DNA from: Eledone cirrhosa
Lineage: Eukaryota
Direction: 5' to 3'
NCBI GenBank assembly: GCA_964016885.1
Contig: OZ024744.1
Coordinates: 105,462,001-105,526,000, forward strand
DNA: 64,000 bases
The notes beneath the pieces were generated by a model, which was not told where the DNA came from, ran no database searches, and saw only the letters and a list, made by a program, of their open reading frames with translations. Of this stretch, positions 56,301-64,000 are shown one piece after another. The translations under genes and the position numbers were made by a program. Numbering within the stretch: the stretch's first letter is position 1; every line of letters begins with the position of its first letter.

Positions 56301-59001
56301 TTGTGTCTACAGTTGTATGCCGTCTATGACTAGTCTGTGTCTACAGTTGTATACCGTCTATGACTTGTCTATGTCTACAGTTGTATGCCGTCTATCACTA
56401 GTCTGTGTCTACGGTTGTATGCCGTCTATGACTAGTCTGTGTCTACGGTTGTATGCCGTCTATGACTAGTCTGTGTCTACGGTTGTATGCTGTCTATGAC
56501 TAGTCTGTGTCTACTGCTGTATGCAGTCTATGACTAGTCTGTGTCTACGGTTGTATGCAGGCTATGACTAGTCTGTGTCTACGGTTGTATGCCGTCTATG
56601 ACTAGTCTGTTTGTACGGTTGTATGCCGTCTATGACTAGTCTTTGTGTACGGTTGTATGCCGTCTATGACTAGTCTGTGTGTACGGTTGAATGCCGTCTA
56701 TGACTAGTCTGTGTCTACGGTTGTATGCCGTCTATGACTAGTCTGTGTGTACGGTTGTATGCCGTCTATGACTAGTCTGTGTCTACGGTTGTATGCCGTC
56801 TGTGACTAGTCTGATCCACGGTTGTATGCCGTCTATGACTAGTCTGATCCACGGTTGTATGCCGTCTATGACTAGTCTGTGTCTACGGTTGTATGCAGTC
56901 TATGACTAGTCAGTGTCTACGGTTGTATGGCGTCTATGACTAGTCTGTGTCTACGGTTGTATGCCATATATGACTAGTCTGTGTCTACAGTTGTATGCCA
57001 TCTATGACTAGTCTGTGTCAACAGTTGTATACTGTCTATGACTAGTCTGTGTCTACGGTTGTATGCCGTCTATGACTAGTCTGTGTGTACGGTTCTATGC
57101 CGTCTATGACTAGTCTGTGTGTACGGTTGTATGCCGTCTATGACTAGTCTGTGTGTACGGTTGTATGCCGTCTATTACTAGTCTGTGTGTACGGTTGTAT
57201 GCCGTCTATGACTAGTCTGAGTCTACGGTTGTATGCCGTCTATGACTAGTCTGTGTGTACGGTTCTATGCCGGCTATGACTAGTCTGTGTCTAGGGTTGT
57301 ATGCAGTCTATGACTAGTCTGTGTGTACGGTTGTATGCCGTCTATGACTAGTCTGTGTATACGGTTGTATGCCCTCTGTGACTAGTCTGTGTCTACGGTT
57401 GTATGCCGTCTATGACTAGTCTGTGTCTACAGTTGTATGCCGTCTATGACTAGTCTGTGTCTACGGTTGTATGCTGTCTATGACTAGTCTGTGTCTACAG
57501 TTGTATGCCGTCACTGACTAGTCTGTGTCTACGGTTGTATGCCGTCTATGACTAGTCTGTGTCTACGGTTGTATGCCGTCTATGACTAGTCTGTGTCTAC
57601 GGTTGTATGCCGTCTATGACTAGTCTGTGTCTACAGTTGTATGCCGTCTATGACTAGTCTGTGTCTACGGTTGTATGCCGTCTATGACTAGTCTGTGACT
57701 ACAGATTTATGCCGTCTCTGACTGTCTGTGTCTACGGTTGTATGCCGTCTATGCCTGGTCTGTGTCTACGGTTGTATGCCGTCTATGACTAGTCTGTGTC
57801 TACAGTTGTATGCCGTCTATGACTAGTCTGTGTCTACGGTTGTATGCTGTCTATGACTAGTCTGTGTCTACTGCTGTATGCAGTCTATGACTAGTCAGTG
57901 TCTACGGTTGTATGCAGGCTATGACTAGTCTGTGTCTACGGTTGTATGCCGTCTATGACTAGTCTGTGTGTACGGTTGTATGCCGTCTATGACTAGTCTT
58001 TGTGTACGGTTGTATGCCGTCTATGACTAGTCTGTGTGTACGGTTGAATGCCGTCTATGACTAGTCTGTGTCTACGGTTGTATGCCGTCTATGACTAGTC
58101 TGTGTGTACGGTTGTATGCCGTCTATGACTAGTCTGTGTCTACGGTTGTATGCCGTCTATGACTAGTCTGTGTGTACGGTTGTATGCCGTCTTTGACTAG
58201 TCTGTGTGTAAGGTTGTATGCCGTCTATGACTAGTCTGAGTCTACGGTTGTATGCCGTCTATGACTAGTCTGTGTGTACGGTTCTATGCCGTCTATGACT
58301 AGTCTGTGTCTAGGGTTATATGCCGTCTATGACTAGTCTGTGTCTACAGTTGTATGCCGTCTATGACTAGTCTGTGTCTAGGGTTTTATGCCGTCTATGA
58401 CTAGTCTGTGTCTACAGTTGTATGCCTTCTCTGACTTGTCTGTGTCTACGGTTGTATGCCGTCTATGACTAGTCTGTGTCTACGGTTGTATGCCGTCTAT
58501 GACTAGTCTGTGTCTACAGTTGTATGCCGTCTATGACTAGTCTGTGTCTACGGTTGTATGCCGTCTATGACTAGTCTTTGTCTACGGTTGTATGCCGTCT
58601 ATGACTAGTCTGTGTCTACAGTTTTATGCCGTCTCTGACTAGTCTGTGTCTACGGTTGTATGCCGTCTATGACTGGTCTGTGTCTACGGTTGTATGCCGT
58701 CTATGACTAGTCTGTGTCTACGGTTGTATGCCGTCTATGACTAGTCTGTGTCTACAGTTGTATGCCGTCTTTGACTAGTCTGTGTCTACGGTTGTATGCC
58801 GTCTATGACTAGTCTGTGTCTACGGTTGTATGCAGTCTATGACTAGTCTGAGTCTACGGTTGTATGCAGTCTAAGACTAGTCTGTGTCTACAGTTGTATG
58901 CCGTTTATGACTAGTCTATGTGTACGGTTGTATGCCGTCTATGACTAGCCTGTGTCTACATTTGTATGCCGTCTATGACTAGTCTGTGTCTACAGTTGTA
59001 T
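53400..59001. repeat. Further copy of the ~46.9-52.55 kb higher-order unit at offset 6,451 bp
   Basis: Offset 6451: agtagt 47061/53512; gactatt 48760/55211; taagactag 52421/58872; tgactagcct 52491/58942. Start boundary approximate. Confidence 0.85.
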
Positions 59002-62000
59002 ACCGTCTATGACTAGTCTGTGTCTACGGTTGTATGCCGTCTATGACTAGTGTGTGTCTACAGTTGTATGCCGTCTATGACTAGTCTGTGTCTACAGTTG
59101 TATGCCGTCTATGACTAGTCTGTGTCTACGGTTGTATGCCGTCTATGACTAGTCTGTGTCTACGGTTGTATGCCGTCTATGACTAGTCTGTGTCTACAGT
59201 TGTATGCCGTCTATGACTAGTTTGTGTCTACTGTTGTATACCGTCTATGACTAGTCTGTGTCTACGGTTGTATGCAATCTATGACTAGTCTGTGTCTACG
59301 GTTGTATGCCGTCTATGAATAGTCTGTGTCTACGGTTGTATGCCGTCTATGACTAGTCAGTGTCTACAGTTGTATGCCGTCTATGACTAGTCTGTGTCTT
59401 CGGTTGTATGCCGTCTATCACTAGTCTGTCTACGGTTGTATGCCGTCTATGACTAGTCTGTGTCTACAGTTGTATGCCGTCTATGACTAGTCTGTGTCTA
59501 CGGTTGTATGCCGTCTATGACTATTCTGTGTCTATGGTTGAATGCCGTCTATGACTAGTCTGTGTCTACGGTTGTATGCCGTTATGACTAGTCTGATCCA
59601 CGGTTGTATGCCGTCTATGACTAGTCTGATCCACGGTTGTATGCCGTCTATGTCTCGTCTGTGTCTTCAGTTGTATGCCGTTTATGAGTAGTCTGTGTGT
59701 ACGGTTGTATGCCGTCTATGACTAGTCTGTGTCTACGGTTGTATGCCGTCTATGACTAGTCTGTGTCTACGGTTGTATGACGTCTATGACTAGTCTGTGT
59801 CTTCGGTTGTATGCAGTCTATGACTAGTCTGTGTGTTCGGTTGTATGCCGTCTATGACTAGTCTGAGTCTACGGTTGTATGCAGTCTATGACTAGTCTGT
59901 GTCTACAGTTGTATGCCGTTTATGACTAGTCTGTGTGTACGGTTGTATGCCGTCTATGACTAGTCTGTGTCTACAGTTGTATGCCGTCTATGACTAGTCT
60001 GTGTCTATAGTTGTATACCGTCTATGACTTGTCTATGTCTACAGTTGTATGCCGTCTATGACTAGTCTGTGTCTACGGTTGTATGCCGTCTATGACTAGT
60101 CTGTGTCTACGGTTGTATGCCGTCTATGACTAGTCTGTTTGTACGGTTGTATGCCGTCTATGACTAGTCTTTGTGTACGGTTGTATGCCGTCTATGACTA
60201 GTCTGTGTGTACGGTTGAATGCCGTCTATGACTAGTCTGTGTCTACGGTTGTATGCCGTCTATGACTAGTCTGTGTGTACGGTTGTATGCCGTCTATGAC
60301 TAGTCTGTGTCTACGGTTGTATGCCGTCTATGACTAGTCTGATCCACGGTTGTATGCCGTCTATGACTAGTCTGATCCACGGTTGTATGCCGTCTATGAC
60401 TAGTCTGTGTCTACGGTTGTATGCAGTCTATAACTAGTCAGTGTCTACGGTTGTATGGCGTCTATGACTAGTCTGTGTCTACGGTTGTATGCCATCTATG
60501 ACTAGTCTGTGTCTACAGTTGTATGCCATCTATGACTAGTCTGTGTCAACAGTTGTATACTGTCTATGACTAGTCTGTGTCTACGGTTGTATGCCGTCTA
60601 TGACTAGTCTGTGTGTACGGCTGTATGCCGTCTATGACTAGTCTGTGTGTACGGTTGTATGCCGTCTATGACTAGTCTGTGTGTACGGTTGTATGCCGTC
60701 TATGACTAGTCTGAGTCTACGGTTGTATGCCGTCTATGACTAGTCTGTGTGTACGGTTCTATGCCGTCTATGACTAGTCTGTGTCTAGGGTTGTATGCAG
60801 TCTATGACTAGTCTGTGTGTACGGTTGTATGCCGTCTATGACTAGTCTGTGTATACGGTTGTATGCCGTCTATGACTAGTCTGTGTCTACGGTTGTATGC
60901 CGTCTATGACTAGTCTGTGTCTACAGTTGTATGCCGTCTATGACTAGTCTGTGTCTACGGTTGTATGCCGTCTATGACTAGTCTGTGTCTACAGTTGTAT
61001 GCCGTCTATGACTAGTCTGTGTGTACGGTTGTATGCCGTCTATGACTAGTCTGTGTGTACGGTTGTATGCCGTCTATGACTAGTCTGAGTCTACGGTTGT
61101 ATGCCGTCTATGACTAGTCTGTGTGTACGGTTCTATGCCGTCTATGACTAGTCTGTGTCTAGGGTTGTATGCCGTCTATGACTAGTCTGTGTGTACGGTT
61201 GTATGCCGTCTATGACTAGTCTGTGTATACGGTTGTATGCCGTCTATGACTAGTCTGTGTCTACGGTTGTATGCCGTCTATGACTAGTCTGTGTCTACAG
61301 TTGTATGCCGTCTATGACTAGTCTCTGTCTACGGTTTTATGCCGTCTATGACTAGTCTGTGTCTACAGTTGTATGCCTTCTCTGACTAGTCTGTGTCTAC
61401 GGTTGTATGCCGTCTATGACTAGTCTGTGTCTACGGTTGTATGCCGTCTATGACTAGTCTGTGTCTACGGTTGTATGCCGTCTATGACTTGTCTGTGTCT
61501 ACAGTTGTATGCCGTCTATGACTAGTCTGTGTCTACGGTTGTATGCCGTCTATGACTAGTCTGTGTCTACAGTTTTATGCCGTCTCTGACTAGTCTGTCT
61601 CTACGGTTGTATGCCGTCTATGACTGGTCTGTGTCTACGGTTGTATGCCGTCTATGACTAGTCTGTGTCTACAGTTGTATGTCGTCTATGACTAGTCTGT
61701 GTCTACGGTTGTATGCCGTCTATGACTAGTCTGTGTCTACAGTTGTATGCCGTCTATGACTAGTCTGTGTCTACGGTTGTATGCCGTCTATGACTAGTCT
61801 GTGTGTACGGTTGTATGCCGTCTATGACTAGTCTGAGTCTACGGTTGTATGCCGTCTATGACTAGTCTGTGTGTACGGTTCTATGCCGTCTATGACTAGT
61901 CTGTGTCTAGGGTTGTATGCAGTCTATGACTAGTCTGTGTGTACGGTTGTATGCCGTCTATGACTAGTCTGTGTATACGGTTGTATGCCGTCTATGACTA

Positions 62001-64000
62001 GTCTGTGTCTACGGTTGTATGCCGTCTATGACTAGTCTGTGTCTACGGTTGTATGCTGTCTATGACTAGTCTGTGTCTACGATTGTATGCCCTCTATGAC
62101 TAGTCTGTGTCTACGGTTGTATGCAGTCTATGACTAGTCAGTGTCTACGGTTGTATGGCGTCTATGACTAGTCTGTGTCTACGGTTGTATGCCATCTATG
62201 ACTAGTCTGTGTCTACAGTTGTATGCCATCTATGACTAGTCTGTGTCAACAGTTGTATACCGTCTATGACTAGTCTGTGTCTACGGTTGTATGCCGTCTA
62301 TGACTAGTCTGTGTGTACGGTTGTATGCCGTCTATGACTAGTCTATGTGTACGGTTGTATGCCGTCTATGACTAGTCTGTGTGTACGGTTGTATGCCGTC
62401 TATGACTAGTCTGTGTGTACGGTTGTATGCCGTCTATGACTAGTGTGAGTCTACGGTTGTATGCCGTCTATGACTAGTCTGTATGTACGGTTCTATGCCG
62501 TCTATGACTAGTCTGTGTCTAGGGTTGTATGCCGTCTATGACTAGCATGTGTGTACGGTTGTATGCCGTCTATGACTAGTCTGTGTATAGGGTTGTATGC
62601 CGTCTATGACTAGTCTGTGTCTACGGTTGTAGGCCGTCTATGACTAGTCTGTGTCTACAGTTGTATGCCGTCTATGACTAGTCTGTGTCTACGGTTGTAT
62701 GCCGTCTATGACTAGTCTGTGTCTACAGTTGTATGCCGTCTCTGACTAGTCTGTGTCTACGGTTGTATGCCGTCTATGACTAGTCTGTGTCTAAGGATGT
62801 ATGCCGTCTATGACTAGTCTGTGTCTACGGTTGTATGCCGTCTATGACTAGTCTGTGTCTACAGTTGTATGCCGTCTATGACTAGTCTGTGTCTACGGTT
62901 GTATGCCGTCTATGACTAGTCTGCGTCTACAGTTTTATGCCGTCTCTGACTAGTCTGTGTCTACGGTTGTATGCCGTCTATGACTGGTCTGTGTCTACGG
63001 TTGTATGCCGTCTATGACTAGTCTGTGTCTACAGTTGTATGCCGTCTATGACTAGTCTGTGTCTACGCTTGTATGCCGTCTATGACTAGTCTGTGTCTAC
63101 AGTTGTATGCCGTCTCTGACTAGTCTGTGTCTACGGTTGTATGCCATCTATGACTAGTCTGTGTCTACGGTTGTATGCCGTCTATGACTAGTCTGTGTCT
63201 ACGGTTGTATGCAGTCTATGACTAGTCTGTGTCTACGGTTGTATGCCGTATATGACTAGTCTGTGTCTACGGTTGTATGCCGTCTATGACTAGTCTGTGT
63301 CTACGGTTGTATGCCGTATATGACTAGTCTGTGTGTACGGTTGTATGCCATCGATGACTAGCCTGTGTGTACGGTTGTATGCCGTCTATGACTAGTCTGT
63401 GTCTACGGTTGTATGCCGTCTATGACTAATCTGTGTGTACGGTTGTATGCAGTCTATGACTAGTCTGTGTCTACGGTTGTATGCCGTCTATGACTAGTCT
63501 GTGTCTACGGTTGTATTCAGTATAAGACTAGTCTGATCCACGGTTGTATGCCGTCTATGACTAGTCTGTGTCTTCGGTTGTATGCCGTCTATGACTAGTC
63601 TGTGTCTACAGTTGTATGCCGTCTATGACTAGACTGTGTCTACAGTTGTATGCCGTCTATGAATAGTCTGTGTCTACGGTTGTATGCCGTCTATGACTAG
63701 TCTGAGTCTACGGTTGTATGCCGTCTATGACTAGTCTGTGTCTACGGTTTTATGCCGTCTATGACTAGTCTGATCCACGGTTGTATGCCGTATATGACTA
63801 GTCTGTGTGTACGGTTGTATGCAGTCTATGACTAGTCTGTGTCCACGGTTGTATGCAGTCTATGACTAGTGTGATCCACGGTTGTATGCCGTCTATGACT
63901 AGTCTGATCCACGGTTGTATGCCGTCTATGACTAGTCTGTGTCTACGGTTGTATGCAGTCTATGACTAGTCAGTGTCTACGGTTGTATGGCGTCTATGAC
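59002..64000. repeat. More diverged satellite domain with many variants not noticed elsewhere in the window
   Basis: e.g. tatgcaatct 59271, tgtctcgtct 59651, actagcatgt 62541, ctaaggatgt 62791, ctgcgtctac 62921, tatgactaat 63421, ttgtattcagtataagac 63511. Higher-order monomer order is only partly retained. Confidence 0.7.

Larger units (their letters stand above)
1..64000. repeat. Tandem satellite array, 34-bp monomer TGCCGTCTATGACTAGTCTGTGTCTACGGTTGTA, ~1,880 head-to-tail copies
   Basis: Monomer read directly throughout. Most copies are consensus or carry 1-3 substitutions, with occasional 32-33 bp deletion variants. No non-repeat sequence or orientation switch seen. The array extends past both window edges. 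Confidence 0.99.

Noticed and set aside
1-64000. CRISPR array (34-bp partly palindromic repeat)
   Set aside because: Repeats are directly adjacent with no unique spacers, and there is no leader or cas gene in the window.
1-64000. Repeat-protein coding region on either strand
   Set aside because: The + consensus contains TGA and TAG, and the - consensus (TACAACCGTAGACACAGACTAGTCATAGACGGCA) contains three TAG. A period of 34 rotates the frame, so every frame hits stops about every 102 bp or less.
1-64000. Telomerase-type telomeric repeat (G+T-rich strand, long unit as in some yeasts)
   Set aside because: The unit is longer than yeast telomeric repeats I know and lacks G-runs. Variants are inherited in multi-kb blocks, which indicates recombinational amplification rather than templated addition. 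A recombination-maintained terminal array cannot be excluded without the chromosomal position.
1-64000. Variant pattern as an encoded message or programmed-diversification cassette system
   Set aside because: The pattern is explained by point mutation plus nested duplication. No recombinase, reverse transcriptase, target gene or template is present.
1-64000. Rolling-circle concatemer or synthetic SpeI-ligated multimer
   Set aside because: No single fixed period, and nested duplications of different ages with lineage-specific variants point to a naturally evolved array.
1-64000. CENP-B box, G-quadruplex or phased A-tract curvature
   Set aside because: The consensus lacks the TTCG....A..CGGG motif, has no GGG runs and has no A-tracts.

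Overview
The whole 64-kb window is one uninterrupted, same-orientation tandem array (satellite DNA) of a 34-bp monomer, consensus TGCCGTCTATGACTAGTCTGTGTCTACGGTTGTA (16/34 G+C), about 1,880 copies (64000/34), running off both ends. I see no genes, RNA genes, transposon insertions, inversions or CRISPR spacers. The consensus has stop codons on both strands and 34 is not a multiple of 3, so every frame is closed repeatedly. The information lies in the ordered pattern of variant monomers, which shows a nested hierarchy: a degenerate 17-bp half-unit, the 34-bp monomer, an older ~0.8-1.3 kb sub-unit, a variable-length ~3.5-8 kb higher-order repeat, and recent multi-kb duplications (offsets 7,060/7,027, 11,849, 15,344, 5,466 and 6,451 bp, measured by eye from shared rare variants). 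The last ~5 kb is more diverged. This looks like eukaryotic heterochromatic satellite; I cannot name the family, the organism or a function. I found no support for a new gene-encoded system.
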